Numbered from the stretch's first letter, positions 1-9,530 are shown. The stretch is 32,000 nt of DNA from Aciduliprofundum boonei T469 (GCF_000025665.1 NC_013926.1:1200001-1232000), one strand, 5' to 3'. The notes: generated from the letters alone by a model not told the origin. Made by a program: numbers and translations.

Positions 1-615
1 ATCAGGATTTAACGATATGGCTCTTGCGATACCTATTCTCTGTCTTTGTCCCCCACTAAATTCGTGAGGAAACCTGTGAAGGTGCTCTTTTTTCAAGCCA
101 ACTAGCTCAAGCAGCTCAATTATTCTATCTTCGACTTTATGAGGAGGCACTACCTTATGCGTCAAGAGAGGTTCGGCAAGTATTTTTTTAACAGTCATTC
201 TGGGATCTAAGGAAGATTGTGGATCTTGAAACACTATTTGCATTTTTCTTCTATATGGCATCATTTCCTTATCTTTTTTCAAGTTCAAATCATATTTTTT
301 CCTTATTTCTTCCAATTCTCTTTTAGATTTCTCATCTTTTTTGCCCACAAGTTCTCTAATTCTATCCTGCACATTTTTGGGTGTTTCAAAGAAAATCATG
401 CCATCATCTGCTTTTATAAGCCTTAAAATAGTCCTACCCAATGTTGTTTTACCGCAGCCAGATTCTCCAACTATACCTAAGGTTTCACCTTTTTTTATCT
501 CTAATGATACATTATCTACAGCTTTAACATGGGCAATGATCTTACCAAACATACCTCCCTTTACTGGAAAATATTTCTTCAATCCATAAATTTGAAGAAT
601 TGTATCATCACTCAT
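1..615 (-). CDS. oppF: Oligopeptide/dipeptide ABC transporter ATP-binding protein (OppF/DppF-like), 3' end cut by window edge
   Basis: Absent from the ORF track because it runs off the window. Minus-strand translation from ATG (613-615) reads MSDDTILQIYGLKKYFPVKGG...GETLGIVGESGCGKTTLGR (Walker A)...FPHEFSGGQRQRIGIARAISLNPD (ABC signature), in frame to base 1. The ATG overlaps the oppD stop (ATGAGTGA). Confidence 0.9.
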   Translation of the reverse strand, partial: MSDDTILQIYGLKKYFPVKGGMFGKIIAHVKAVDNVSLEIKKGETLGIVGESGCGKTTLGRTILRLIKADDGMIFFETPKNVQDRIRELVGKKDEKSKRELEEIRKKYDLNLKKDKEMMPYRRKMQIVFQDPQSSLDPRMTVKKILAEPLLTHKVVPPHKVEDRIIELLELVGLKKEHLHRFPHEFSGGQRQRIGIARAISLNPD

Positions 616-1651
616 TATCCTCACCCTCCGTTTCCTTGATCTTTTCAAAGAATTCCTTAGCAAAATGGCAAGCGACATAGTGTCCTGGCTCTATCTCTAC
701 TAACTTAGGTTTCTCCTTCTTGCATATATCTTGGGCATACTCGCACCTTGGATGAAATCTACATCCAGGAGGTGGGTATATTAGATTGGGTACAGAACCT
801 TTGATATATTTCAATTCCTCTTTCTTTTCAGCTATACTGGGTATAGCTTGCATCAGTCCCCTGGTATAGGGGTGTACAGGATTTTTAAAAATTGTATAAA
901 CATCTGCCATCTCCACAATATTTCCAGCGTACATCACCGCTACTCTATCGCATACATCTGCTACAACACTCAAATCATGCGTAATAAGAATTATTGATAT
1001 CCCCAATTTCTCTCTCATATCCAGTAGGATATTTAAAATCTGAGCTTGAACAGTCACATCTAAAGCTGTTGTAGGTTCATCTGCTATAAGCAAAGAGGGT
1101 TCGGTAGCGAGCATCATTGCAATCATAGCCCTTTGTCTCATTCCTCCACTCAACTCGTGGGGATAGCTATCTATAGCTCTCTCCGGATCAGGCATCCTAA
1201 CTAACCTCAACATATCTATAACATTTTTTCTTTCCTTCTTTTTAATATCTTTTGGAGCTTTTTTGATATTTTCAATACCATATTTATGCAACAGGATTAT
1301 CTCTAGAATTTGATCACCTATGGTGTACACAGGATTTAAAGCAGTCATAGGCTCTTGAAATATCATACTTATACCTTTACCTCTAATTTTTCTCATTTCA
1401 TCCTCTGGTAACTCTCTAAGGTTCTTCCCTTGGAAAATTATCTTTCCGCTCTCTATCTTTCCAGGCTCATCAATTAACCCAATTACAGAAAGAGCAGTTA
1501 CTGATTTTCCGCAACCAGTTTCACCTACGAGCCCGAAAATTTCCCCCTTTTTTACAAAGAAAGAAACACCATCCACAGCTTTTACAACTCCCTCATAAGT
1601 GTAAAAATAAGTATGAAGATCTTCAACCTTTAACAATATCTCATTATCCAT
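608..1651 (-). CDS. oppD: Oligopeptide/dipeptide ABC transporter ATP-binding protein (OppD/DppD-like)
   Basis: Walker A GETGCGKS, signature LSGGMRQR, Walker B LLIADEPTTALD, H-loop ITHD. C-terminal Cys-containing oligopeptide-ABC extension (PPGCRFHPRCEYAQDIC). GGAGGTGA SD at 1656-1663, 4 nt upstream of the ATG. Confidence 0.93.
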   Translation of the reverse strand: MDNEILLKVEDLHTYFYTYEGVVKAVDGVSFFVKKGEIFGLVGETGCGKSVTALSVIGLIDEPGKIESGKIIFQGKNLRELPEDEMRKIRGKGISMIFQEPMTALNPVYTIGDQILEIILLHKYGIENIKKAPKDIKKKERKNVIDMLRLVRMPDPERAIDSYPHELSGGMRQRAMIAMMLATEPSLLIADEPTTALDVTVQAQILNILLDMREKLGISIILITHDLSVVADVCDRVAVMYAGNIVEMADVYTIFKNPVHPYTRGLMQAIPSIAEKKEELKYIKGSVPNLIYPPPGCRFHPRCEYAQDICKKEKPKLVEIEPGHYVACHFAKEFFEKIKETEGEDNE

Positions 1652-1655
1652 GCTT

Positions 1656-2579
1656 TCACCTCCTTAACCTCGGATCCAAGATATCTCTGATTCCATCACC
1701 AAATAGATTGAAAGCTAGTACAGTTATGAATATTGCAAGTCCTGGAAATGTGGACCACCACCAATAGCCAGAAACCAGCCAAGAGCGCCCTTGGCTAACC
1801 ATAACGCCCCAGTCTGCAGTGTATGCAGCAGCACCTAGACCCAAGAAGGCCAGACCTGCAGCAGTTAGAATAACATTTCCAAGATCCATGGTAGCTTGGA
1901 CAAGAATTGGGGGCAATGAGTTTGGTATGACATGTTTCCATATTATTTTGAATCTACTTATGCCAATAGCCCTTGCTGCCTCTATATATTGATTCTCCTT
2001 TACAGATAGAACTTGGCCTCTCACTATTCTTGTATATCCAGGCCACCAAACGATCATTAATGCATACATAACATTCTGCAATCCCGGACCGAGAGCTGCA
2101 GTTATAGCCATTGCCAAAATTAATCCGGGAAACGCAAAGAACATATCGCAGATTCTCATCATAATTTCATCAAACCATCCTCCAATATAACCTGAGTATG
2201 CCCCCAAGAGAACACCTATAAGCATTGCCACTATTACAACTATGAATCCTATGTAAAGGGCTTCTCGAGTACCATAAACGACCATACTAAATATATCATG
2301 GCCCATATCATCGGTACCAAACAAGTGTTTCCAACTAGGTGGCTCAAGCATCGCTGATGAATCATAGGGCCAATACTGTTGTCCACCCACATATTGAGGA
2401 TGGTATGGGGCGATCCAAGGAGCAAAAACCGCAACCAAGAATATGAAGATTAGAATAATTAAACCTGTGAGCGTTAGAGGACTCTTTCTTATTAAATGCA
2501 ATGTATACTTAAACTCTTTAATCTGCGACTCGTGAGCCTTCGAAAAACTCCTTATTGCTCCAATTTCAGCCATCCTCAT
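1656..2579 (-). CDS. oppC: Oligopeptide/dipeptide ABC transporter permease (OppC/DppC-like)
   Basis: Multi-TM BPD-type permease with the EAA-like loop (YIEAARAIGISRFKIIWKHVIPN). The track start at 2582 is GTG. ATG at 2577-2579 overlaps the oppB stop by 1 nt, and ATG at 2571-2573 is also possible. Confidence 0.88.
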   Translation of the reverse strand: MRMAEIGAIRSFSKAHESQIKEFKYTLHLIRKSPLTLTGLIILIFIFLVAVFAPWIAPYHPQYVGGQQYWPYDSSAMLEPPSWKHLFGTDDMGHDIFSMVVYGTREALYIGFIVVIVAMLIGVLLGAYSGYIGGWFDEIMMRICDMFFAFPGLILAMAITAALGPGLQNVMYALMIVWWPGYTRIVRGQVLSVKENQYIEAARAIGISRFKIIWKHVIPNSLPPILVQATMDLGNVILTAAGLAFLGLGAAAYTADWGVMVSQGRSWLVSGYWWWSTFPGLAIFITVLAFNLFGDGIRDILDPRLRR

Positions 2580-3586
2580 CACTCTCCCAGTTTGATCCTT
2601 GGATCAAGATACGCATACATTATATCCACAATCAAATTCCCAATCACAAATATTATAGCCATAAGCAATGTGACTCCCATTATGGCGGGATAATCCAGTG
2701 TTGATATAGCTTGATAAGCGTATCTACCCATACCCGGCCAAGCAAAAATCGTTTCTGTAAGGACTGCGCCTCCAAGCAATCCAGCGAACGCAAGTCCTGA
2801 AACTGTTAAAGTCGGTATCAGAGCGTTTCTTAATGCATGCCTATAAATAACAACTTTATTTGATAATCCCTTTGCCTTTGCAGTCTTTATATAATCTAAT
2901 CGTAGAACTTCAAGCATACTGGATCTAGTCATCCTTGTTATTACAGCTAAGGTTGCATAAGAAAGGGTTATGGATGGAAGTATAATGTGCCGTAAATCAA
3001 CTACAAATGCATGCCAATCGAGAGATAATATACTATCCAGTATCCAAAGCCCTGTATAAATGTGTCTAGGCGGTATGCCTCTTCCGCTTGCAGGTAGCCA
3101 GCCCAGATATGTATAGAAGAGCAAAATTAAAAGTAAACCAAGCCAGAAAATAGGCATTGATACACCACTCAAAGCAAAAACTCTTGAAAGATGGTCGGGT
3201 ATTTTATTTCTTTTAACAGCAGAAACAACACCTAAATATATACCAGTTGGGATAGCTATAGCCATGGCCCATAAGGTCAATTCAAATGTTGCTGGAAAAT
3301 AATTTGCAAGACATTGAGCAACTGGTCTTTTTTCCGAATGCGAGTACCCCCAGTTTCCCGTGAATACACCTGTGATATAATAGTAGTATTGCACATAAAT
3401 AGGATCATTTAAGTGGTATTCTATTCTGATTTTCTCAACAACCGATGGTGGAGCCTTCTGTCCAGCCCATGCTCTAGCAGGATCAGCAGGTATCACAAAA
3501 GATATTGTAAAGGTTATCAGTGTAACTCCTATGATAACTGGAAAAAGCAGCAATAATCTCCTAACAATATATTGCCATAGTTTCAT
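2579..3586 (-). CDS. oppB: Oligopeptide/dipeptide ABC transporter permease (OppB/DppB-like)
   Basis: N-terminus MKLWQYIVRRLLLLFPVIIGVTLITF is typical of DppB/OppB. Permease loop DYIKTAKAKGLSNKVVIYRHALRNALIP. The track start at 3607 is TTG; the first ATG is at 3584-3586. Confidence 0.88.
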   Translation of the reverse strand: MKLWQYIVRRLLLLFPVIIGVTLITFTISFVIPADPARAWAGQKAPPSVVEKIRIEYHLNDPIYVQYYYYITGVFTGNWGYSHSEKRPVAQCLANYFPATFELTLWAMAIAIPTGIYLGVVSAVKRNKIPDHLSRVFALSGVSMPIFWLGLLLILLFYTYLGWLPASGRGIPPRHIYTGLWILDSILSLDWHAFVVDLRHIILPSITLSYATLAVITRMTRSSMLEVLRLDYIKTAKAKGLSNKVVIYRHALRNALIPTLTVSGLAFAGLLGGAVLTETIFAWPGMGRYAYQAISTLDYPAIMGVTLLMAIIFVIGNLIVDIMYAYLDPRIKLGE

Positions 3587-3644
3587 TAGAAAGGTTATAG
3601 ATAGCAAATACTTAAAAATTTAGATATATAAAAAGAAAAAAGAG
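3587..3644 (-). promoter_or_regulatory. oppA-oppB intergenic oligo-T tracts plus TATA-like box (candidate partial terminator and internal promoter)
   Basis: The minus strand directly after the oppA stop reads CTCTTTTTTCTTTTTATATATCTAAATTTTTAAG. It has T6 and T5 runs (archaeal termination signals) merging into TTTTTATATATC, about 42 nt upstream of the oppB ATG. Confidence 0.45.
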
Positions 3645-5345
3645 TTAAGATTTTTCTTCACTTACTTTGTATAGAGAATAGAACTGTAGCATCATCACTG
3701 GGTTGTAGAAGTATCCCTGTAGCCAAGTTCTGTATACTGCAACATGCTTGTTCTGCGCGAGATATATGAATGATGGATCCTGCATTGCTATCTGCTGTAT
3801 CTCCTTATAGAGTTCAATTCTCTTTGTCTGATTTACACAGTACTTTGCCTCAAGAAGTAGCTTATCCACTGTAGCATTATGCCAGCCTGTCTCGTATGTA
3901 TCTCCACCAATTGCTGCAGAGCCAAGGAACGGAAATGCATAGTCATCAGGGTCATTGTAATCGGGAGCCCAGCCAACTATAATCATGCTGTAATCTCCAC
4001 GGTCCATCTTATCCAACAGAGTGGGCCAAGCGAGTTCTTGCACATTGACTGCTATACCAATCTGTGCAAGATCACCTTTAACAATCTGTGCAATGTGGGC
4101 ACGGACATCATTACCTTGGTTGTAAATCAAAGTCAATTGAATTGTTGCAGGAAGATGATACTTCTGCCTTGCATCATTCATAAGCTGCTTTGCTTTATTT
4201 ACATCGTAAGGATACATGAACAAATTGTTGTCATGGCCAGGCATACCCTTTGGTATAGGACCCTGAAGTCTTATTGCATAACCCTTGTAAACATCCTTTA
4301 TGATGGTGTTATAATCAATTGCATAGGATATTGCCTGTCTTACTTCCTTATAGTATAGAGGATTAGTCTTGTTCTGATATTTCGGTCTGCAGTTCATTTC
4401 AATCATATCTACATCAAATGTCAATCCACCTTCATCAACCTTGATACCTGGCTTACCCTTAACATCATTGAGATGGTTCACAGGAATGTACGCCATATCA
4501 GCGTCTCCCTTAAGAAGCTCCTGCTCTCTAGTTGCTACTTCAGGTATGTTCTTTATGATTACATACTTAACATGGTGACCGCTCCAGCCACCCCAGTAGT
4601 TAGGATTCCACTCTAGTTTTATGTATGCGTTATGCTGCCAAGTAACTAACTTGTACGGACCTGTACCTACCATATTCTGGCTCATCCATGCATTGTCCTT
4701 ATTGGGCTGAACTCCACCATGCTCATTTACAACCTTTGGATCAACTATGGATGCAACTGTGAATGCGATTGCTGGCAAGAAACCACCGTATGCTTTTCTA
4801 AGATGGAATGCAACTGTATAGTCGTCAATTACTCTAACGCTGCTCTGCCCATCTGGACTATTCCACTTGCCCGTTGTGGCATTGTAGGTATACATAAACT
4901 GACTTAGAATCCAAGATACACCTGTCTGTGGAGAATTCATTATCAATACTCTGTCAAAGGAGAACTTCACTGCCTCAGCATTGAAAGGATCACCATTGGA
5001 GAACTTAACATTATGTCTTAGATGGAATGTCCAGTTCTTACCTGTAGAATCAACACTCCAACTTGTTGCTAGAAGCGGATATATATGCTCAGTATCGCTT
5101 CCATGGTAAGTTACCAATGTTTCATACACATTCTGTATAACCACACCTGATGCCGTGTCATATGCCTCTGCTGGATCCAATGTCTGTGGATCCCCAATAG
5201 TGTCCCAGACAAAAGTGTCTGGATTCTTCACTGGTGGTGTTGTGGGTTGATTGCTGGATGGTGCCGTCATCACGGCCCAGGCCGCAACGACTACAATTAT
5301 TATCACCACCACAGCTATTATTCCATACAATACTCCTTTTTGCAT
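3645..5345 (-). CDS. oppA: Extracellular solute-binding protein, peptide/nickel (family 5) ABC transporter
   Basis: Family-5 SBP-like sequence with an N-terminal membrane anchor (MQKGVLYGIIAVVVIIIVVVAAWAV) followed by an S/T/P linker (SSNQPTTPPVKNP). The track start at 5393 is TTG and lies inside the TATA box. ATG at 5343-5345 is preceded by GGGAGGT (5352-5358). Confidence 0.9.
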   Translation of the reverse strand: MQKGVLYGIIAVVVIIIVVVAAWAVMTAPSSNQPTTPPVKNPDTFVWDTIGDPQTLDPAEAYDTASGVVIQNVYETLVTYHGSDTEHIYPLLATSWSVDSTGKNWTFHLRHNVKFSNGDPFNAEAVKFSFDRVLIMNSPQTGVSWILSQFMYTYNATTGKWNSPDGQSSVRVIDDYTVAFHLRKAYGGFLPAIAFTVASIVDPKVVNEHGGVQPNKDNAWMSQNMVGTGPYKLVTWQHNAYIKLEWNPNYWGGWSGHHVKYVIIKNIPEVATREQELLKGDADMAYIPVNHLNDVKGKPGIKVDEGGLTFDVDMIEMNCRPKYQNKTNPLYYKEVRQAISYAIDYNTIIKDVYKGYAIRLQGPIPKGMPGHDNNLFMYPYDVNKAKQLMNDARQKYHLPATIQLTLIYNQGNDVRAHIAQIVKGDLAQIGIAVNVQELAWPTLLDKMDRGDYSMIIVGWAPDYNDPDDYAFPFLGSAAIGGDTYETGWHNATVDKLLLEAKYCVNQTKRIELYKEIQQIAMQDPSFIYLAQNKHVAVYRTWLQGYFYNPVMMLQFYSLYKVSEEKS

Positions 5346-5392
5346 TTCAATACCTCCCACGCTTAGTTGGGCGAGAAGATAATTGATACCCA

Positions 5393-5403
5393 AATATATA
5401 AGT
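5393..5403 (-). promoter_or_regulatory. TATA-like box for the opp operon
   Basis: The minus strand reads CTTATATATTT, centred about 53 nt upstream of the oppA ATG. This leaves a short 5' UTR that contains the SD. Confidence 0.4.
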
Positions 5404-5442
5404 TTTTTGTTAAAAGATAATTGTTAGAAAATTTAAAAGATT

Positions 5443-5604
5443 TTATAAGAATCCAAATCTATCTTGCAATTCGGTTGCAACCTGATTGAGAATCTCTTCA
5501 AAACTCTCACTTTCGATCTTGGTCACAGAGCCATCTGGAAGAGTTATTCTCGCGTAGAATATATCTCCATCGCGCACAATTTCCACATCTGCAAGTTTGC
5601 CCAT
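5443..5604 (-). CDS. Small hypothetical protein (53 aa), not in ORF track
   Basis: Hand translation: MGKLADVEIVRDGDIFYARITLPDGSVTKIESESFEEILNQVATELQDRFGFL, then TAA. Perfect GAGGTGA SD (5610-5616) with a 5-nt spacer. TATA-like AAGTTTATATTC sits about 41 nt upstream. Balanced, non-repetitive composition. The plus-strand track ORF 5464..5706 is its antisense shadow. Confidence 0.6.
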   Translation of the reverse strand: MGKLADVEIVRDGDIFYARITLPDGSVTKIESESFEEILNQVATELQDRFGFL

Positions 5605-5710
5605 ATCATTCACCTCTTTAAGAGGGAGGATTACATTAAGAATATAAACTTTTCCTCAAATAAAGCGCAAATTATTAATTTATTATGCCATGGGGGTAAA
5701 AGGTGATAAA
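5605..5710. promoter_or_regulatory. Divergent promoter region (small ORF on minus strand / rplX on plus strand)
   Basis: AT-rich TATA-like elements on both strands (plus-strand coordinates 5639-5650 for the minus-strand gene; AAATTATTAATTTATTA at 5669-5685 for rplX). AGGTGAT SD at 5701-5707. Confidence 0.4.
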
Positions 5711-5947
5711 ATGAAAGTGTACCGCATAGCAGGACTTTACTCGCCTAAGGGAAAGAAATGGTACAAGTTTAGCAAGGATGTTGTGGCTGATGATGAGAGT
5801 GCAGCAATAGAGAAAGTTTACTCCATAATTGGGAGCAAATATGGAATTAAGAGAAGGCTAGTGGACATAAAGGCAATACAGGAAATCAAGCCAGAAGAAT
5901 CAAATGATCCCATGGTAAAATACCTAACAAGTGGTGGAAATGAATGA
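5711..5947 (+). CDS. rplX: 50S ribosomal protein LX (eL20/L18Ae family)
   Basis: MKVYRIAG...EKVYSIIGSKYGIKRRLVDIKAIQEIKPEESNDPMVKYL matches the archaeal LX pattern (MKVFRVKG...SEIGSKH...IEEIKPEE). SD AGGTGAT lies 4 nt upstream of ATG 5711. The track start at 5690 is probably too long. Confidence 0.85.
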   Translation: MKVYRIAGLYSPKGKKWYKFSKDVVADDESAAIEKVYSIIGSKYGIKRRLVDIKAIQEIKPEESNDPMVKYLTSGGNE

Positions 5948-6374
5948 GGAGGAACTAGAGAAAGGATTGGCTACCCTTGAAGTGCTCAAAGCTCAAATTT
6001 CAAATTTACAAACTCAAATTGATGCTCTGCAAAGATCCATACAAGAGCATACGAACGCAAAGGAGACCATTGAGGGCTATATGAAAATGGAAAATGATGA
6101 AATCTTAGTGCCCATCGGTGCAGGAGTTATGATCTCTGCAAAAGTGCAAGAGAAGAAAGGTTTGATAACCATAGGCAACGAGCTTTACACAGAATTGCCC
6201 TTAGAGAAAATCTTGGAAAAAATAGAAAAGAGGAAAAAAGATTTAGAAGATTTGCAGTTAAAACTATCCACAGACCTCAAAAGATTGCAGGAAAATTATG
6301 CGGTTTTGAGTGCGAAAGTAGAGCAGGATTATGCTAAATACATAGAGGAGAGGAAGAATGTTCAAGGCCCTTAA
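5940..6374 (+). CDS. pfdA: Prefoldin alpha subunit
   Basis: Coiled coil, beta-hairpin core (ILVPIGAGVMISAKV...LITIGNELYTE), coiled coil; correct size. Position between rplX and ftsY is the conserved archaeal arrangement. GTG 5931 is an alternative start. Confidence 0.85.
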   Translation: MNEEELEKGLATLEVLKAQISNLQTQIDALQRSIQEHTNAKETIEGYMKMENDEILVPIGAGVMISAKVQEKKGLITIGNELYTELPLEKILEKIEKRKKDLEDLQLKLSTDLKRLQENYAVLSAKVEQDYAKYIEERKNVQGP

Positions 6375-7281
6375 AGAAAAATTAGGGTTTATAAAGAAAA
6401 AAGCGGAAAGCATGGATCAAGAGTTTACCACGGGAGTAGGTAAGAAAATAACTGAGGATAAGCTGGAAGATTTTCTATGGGATATAGAAGTGGCATTGAT
6501 GGAGGCAGATGTGGCCGTAGATGTCATTGAAAAAATAAAGAATGACTTGAAAAAAGCTTTGGTTGGGAAGAAGGTAAAGCTCAGAGCAGATGTGGGCAAA
6601 ATTGTAGAAGACACCCTGAAAAAATCAATAAAGGAGATTTTGACCAAAGATTTTGATTTTGATGAATTTATCAGGAATGCTCCAAGACCCACCGTTATAA
6701 TGTTTCTTGGAGTAAACGGTACCGGAAAAACCACGGTTATTGCAAAACTAGCCAAATACCTAAAGGATAAGGGTTATTCGGTAGTTATGGCTGCCGGAGA
6801 CACTTTCAGAGCAGGGGCTATTGAACAAATTTCTATCCATGGAGATAATTTAGGAATTAAGGTGATAAAACACCAGGCAGGGGGAGATCCTGCAGCGGTA
6901 TGTTATGATGCTATTGAACATGCAAAGGCAAAGCACAGGGATTTTGTGCTTATTGACACGGCAGGAAGAATGCAAACCAACCGCAATCTTATGGAAGAGA
7001 TGAAGAAAATAAAGAGGGTTGCCAAACCGCATTTGACTATTTTCGTTGGGGATGCCCTTGCAGGCAACGATGCCATTGAGCAGGCAAAAAAATTTGAAGA
7101 AGCGGTGGGTATAGATGCTGTCATTTTAAATAAAGTTGATGCAGATGCTAAAGGAGGTGCAGCGTTAAGCATCGCATATGAATTAAACAAGCCCATTATA
7201 TTCCTTGGAAATGGACAAAAATACGATGATCTTATGATATTTGATGTGAACTGGTTTTTGCATAGAATATTTGGTGATTGA
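6358..7281 (+). CDS. ftsY: Signal recognition particle receptor FtsY
   Basis: SRP-GTPase NG domain with GVNGTGKTT (G1), DTAGR (G3), NKVDADAKGG (G4). SD GGAGAGGAAG upstream. Confidence 0.93.
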   Translation: MFKALKEKLGFIKKKAESMDQEFTTGVGKKITEDKLEDFLWDIEVALMEADVAVDVIEKIKNDLKKALVGKKVKLRADVGKIVEDTLKKSIKEILTKDFDFDEFIRNAPRPTVIMFLGVNGTGKTTVIAKLAKYLKDKGYSVVMAAGDTFRAGAIEQISIHGDNLGIKVIKHQAGGDPAAVCYDAIEHAKAKHRDFVLIDTAGRMQTNRNLMEEMKKIKRVAKPHLTIFVGDALAGNDAIEQAKKFEEAVGIDAVILNKVDADAKGGAALSIAYELNKPIIFLGNGQKYDDLMIFDVNWFLHRIFGD

Positions 7282-7282
7282 A

Positions 7283-8167
7283 ATGCAAGTTTTTGAGCTT
7301 ATAGGCAACACTCCTACTTTGAGAGTTGAAAATATATGGCTAAAACTTGAATTTATGAACCCAACAGGGAGCCATAAGGATAGAATCGCTTATTATATGA
7401 TAGAGGAGGCAAAAAACAAAGGTTTGAAAAAAGGAAGATATGTTATTGAATACACCTCCGGAAATACGGGTATATCTGTAACTTGGCTCTCAAAATTAAT
7501 GGGCTATAAACCCCTAATATTACTTCCTGAAAACATTGTTGAAGAGAAGAGGGCTCTTATCAAGGCCTTGGGTGGGGAGATAAGAATTGTAAAAGAGGGC
7601 GAAGATGGTCATCTTCTAGCCGAGAAACTTGCAGAAGAGTTAAAAGGTGTATATCTGCATCAAACAGAAAACTTGGCGAATTTCAGAGCCCATTACGAAA
7701 CTACAGCACCAGAATTATTTTCTCAGGTAAAAAATATTGATTGTTTTGTGATGGGCGCAGGTACTGGTGGCACCATATACGGCATTGGAAAATATTTAAA
7801 AGCGAGAAACGAAAAAATAAAGGTTGTACTCTTGGTTCCAAAGGGCTCTCAGCTTCAAGAGGAGTTCTTTGAAAAGAGGGAAAAGGATATGGAACTGCTC
7901 GAGGGTTTCTCTTATCATTCCTACAGCAAACTACTCAAGAAAGCGATAGATGAAAATATAATTGATGAAATTAGAGTAGTAAGCGCAGAAGAGGCTATTA
8001 AAGGCACAAAAATGCTTATGTCTTACGGCATATTAGGGGGATTCACAGCCGGAGCAAATTTTTATCAAGCAAAGAAAATGGAGAAAAATTGTAGAAATAT
8101 AGCCACGATAGTGGCCGATTCCATTATACGCTATCCATCTCGAATGGAACTCATTCAGCAGATTTAG
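7283..8167 (+). CDS. PLP-dependent cysteine synthase / cystathionine beta-synthase family enzyme
   Basis: PLP-lysine motif NPTGSHKDR, Asn loop TSGNTG, phosphate loop GAGTGGT. ATG 7283 is preceded by GGTGAT inside the ftsY end. The track start at 7271 is TTG. Confidence 0.8.
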   Translation: MQVFELIGNTPTLRVENIWLKLEFMNPTGSHKDRIAYYMIEEAKNKGLKKGRYVIEYTSGNTGISVTWLSKLMGYKPLILLPENIVEEKRALIKALGGEIRIVKEGEDGHLLAEKLAEELKGVYLHQTENLANFRAHYETTAPELFSQVKNIDCFVMGAGTGGTIYGIGKYLKARNEKIKVVLLVPKGSQLQEEFFEKREKDMELLEGFSYHSYSKLLKKAIDENIIDEIRVVSAEEAIKGTKMLMSYGILGGFTAGANFYQAKKMEKNCRNIATIVADSIIRYPSRMELIQQI

Positions 8168-9530
8168 GCAGGTATTTTTCTATGTATTCTCTATCTATCT
8201 TCTTTAAATAGCTCCTTGGGAGTAATGCAAGGAGATTCCAAGCTATGCTCAAAGTATCTTCTATGCTTCTATCTTCATCCCTGCCTTGGGTTATGAATCT
8301 CTCCTCAAAGGCATCTGCAAAATTTAGCAGTATTCTGTCCTCCTCACTTAGAGCTTCTTCTCCCACAACGGCAACGAGGTCTCTCAATCTCAGACCCTCT
8401 GCATAAGCCGCATAGAGCTGATTGGCAACACCGGCATGGTCTTCTCTGGTCCTGCCTTTACCTATTCCCTCTTTCATCAATCTGGACAAGGAAAGAAGAG
8501 GATTGATAGGAGGATAAATACCACGGCGATGCAATGGGCGACTCAACACAATCTGTCCCTCTGTGATATATCCTGTCAAATCTGGAATAGGATGAGTCAT
8601 ATCATCATCGGGCATTGTTAAAATTGGAATTTGGGTAATGCTTCCTTTCTTTCCGATTATTCTTCCTGCTCTTTCGTAGATAGTTGCAAGGTCTGTGTAC
8701 ATATAACCTGGATAGCCTCTTCTACCGGGAACCTCCTCTCTAGCTGCACTAATTTCTCTCAGAGCTTCGCAGTAGTTGGTCATATCGGTCAAAATAACCA
8801 AGACATGCATGTCTTTTGCATAGGCAAGATATTCTGCCACCGTCAAACCCATTCTGGGAATGACTATACGCTCTATAGCAGGATCATTTGCAAGATTCAA
8901 AAACAATACCGTTCTCTCGAGAGCACCTGTTCTTTCAAACTCTTTACGGAAGAAATTTGCTTCTTCTGCAGTTATACCCATGGCAACAAATACCACAGCA
9001 AATTTCTCTCCCTTACCTCTGAGCTTTGCCTGCCTTGCAATCTGTGCTGCAATTTCATTATGAGGCATACCAGAGCCACTGAATATAGGTAATTTTTGGC
9101 CACGAACAAGGGTGTTCATACCATCTATAGTGGATATACCTGTTTGTATGAATTCCCTTGGATATTCTCTAGCCGATGGATTGATTGGATAACCATTTAT
9201 ATCTCTCATTTCCTCAGGTATTATATCAGGCCCTCCATCAATTGGCCTGCCAGTACCATCAAATACACGACCGAGCATTTCTAAAGATACACCTATTTTA
9301 AGGGTCTCTCCTAAAAATTTAACAGTAGTGGATTTCACATCCAATCCCCTAGTACCCTCAAAAACTTGAACAATGGCCATATTCTCCCTTGCTTCAAGCA
9401 CTTGACCAAGGCGCTCTTTACCATCTGGACCACGAATCTTAACTACCTCGCCATAAGCCACATCTTTAGTGTTTTCCACTATGAGCAAAGGACCTTTTAT
9501 TTCCCTAATAGTCTTATACTCAACCTCCAT
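8151..9530 (-). CDS. atpB: A-type ATP synthase subunit B
   Basis: Highly conserved A/V-type B subunit sequence ([15 protein letters not shown]..., [43 protein letters not shown]). Confidence 0.97.
   Translation of the reverse strand: MEVEYKTIREIKGPLLIVENTKDVAYGEVVKIRGPDGKERLGQVLEARENMAIVQVFEGTRGLDVKSTTVKFLGETLKIGVSLEMLGRVFDGTGRPIDGGPDIIPEEMRDINGYPINPSAREYPREFIQTGISTIDGMNTLVRGQKLPIFSGSGMPHNEIAAQIARQAKLRGKGEKFAVVFVAMGITAEEANFFRKEFERTGALERTVLFLNLANDPAIERIVIPRMGLTVAEYLAYAKDMHVLVILTDMTNYCEALREISAAREEVPGRRGYPGYMYTDLATIYERAGRIIGKKGSITQIPILTMPDDDMTHPIPDLTGYITEGQIVLSRPLHRRGIYPPINPLLSLSRLMKEGIGKGRTREDHAGVANQLYAAYAEGLRLRDLVAVVGEEALSEEDRILLNFADAFEERFITQGRDEDRSIEDTLSIAWNLLALLPRSYLKKIDREYIEKYLPKSAE

Noticed and set aside
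217-589. Plus-strand track ORFs 217..426 and 341..589
   Set aside because: They are antisense shadows of the real minus-strand oppF, which carries clear Walker A and LSGGQ motifs. Their sequences are low-complexity and Phe/Ile-rich.
3879-4358. 159-aa plus-strand ORF antisense to oppA, and similar antisense ORFs in atpB, atpA, the ABC genes, rio1 and the antiporter (e.g. 8631..9092, 23606..24118, 29301..29768)
   Set aside because: All are embedded opposite strongly supported genes. They lack SD or TATA context and have skewed Cys/Ile/Ser-rich composition.
5464-5706. Plus-strand 80-aa ORF (TTG start) in the opp/rplX spacer
   Set aside because: It has junk-like composition and no SD. It is antisense to the SD-preceded 53-aa minus-strand ORF and runs through the rplX promoter and SD.
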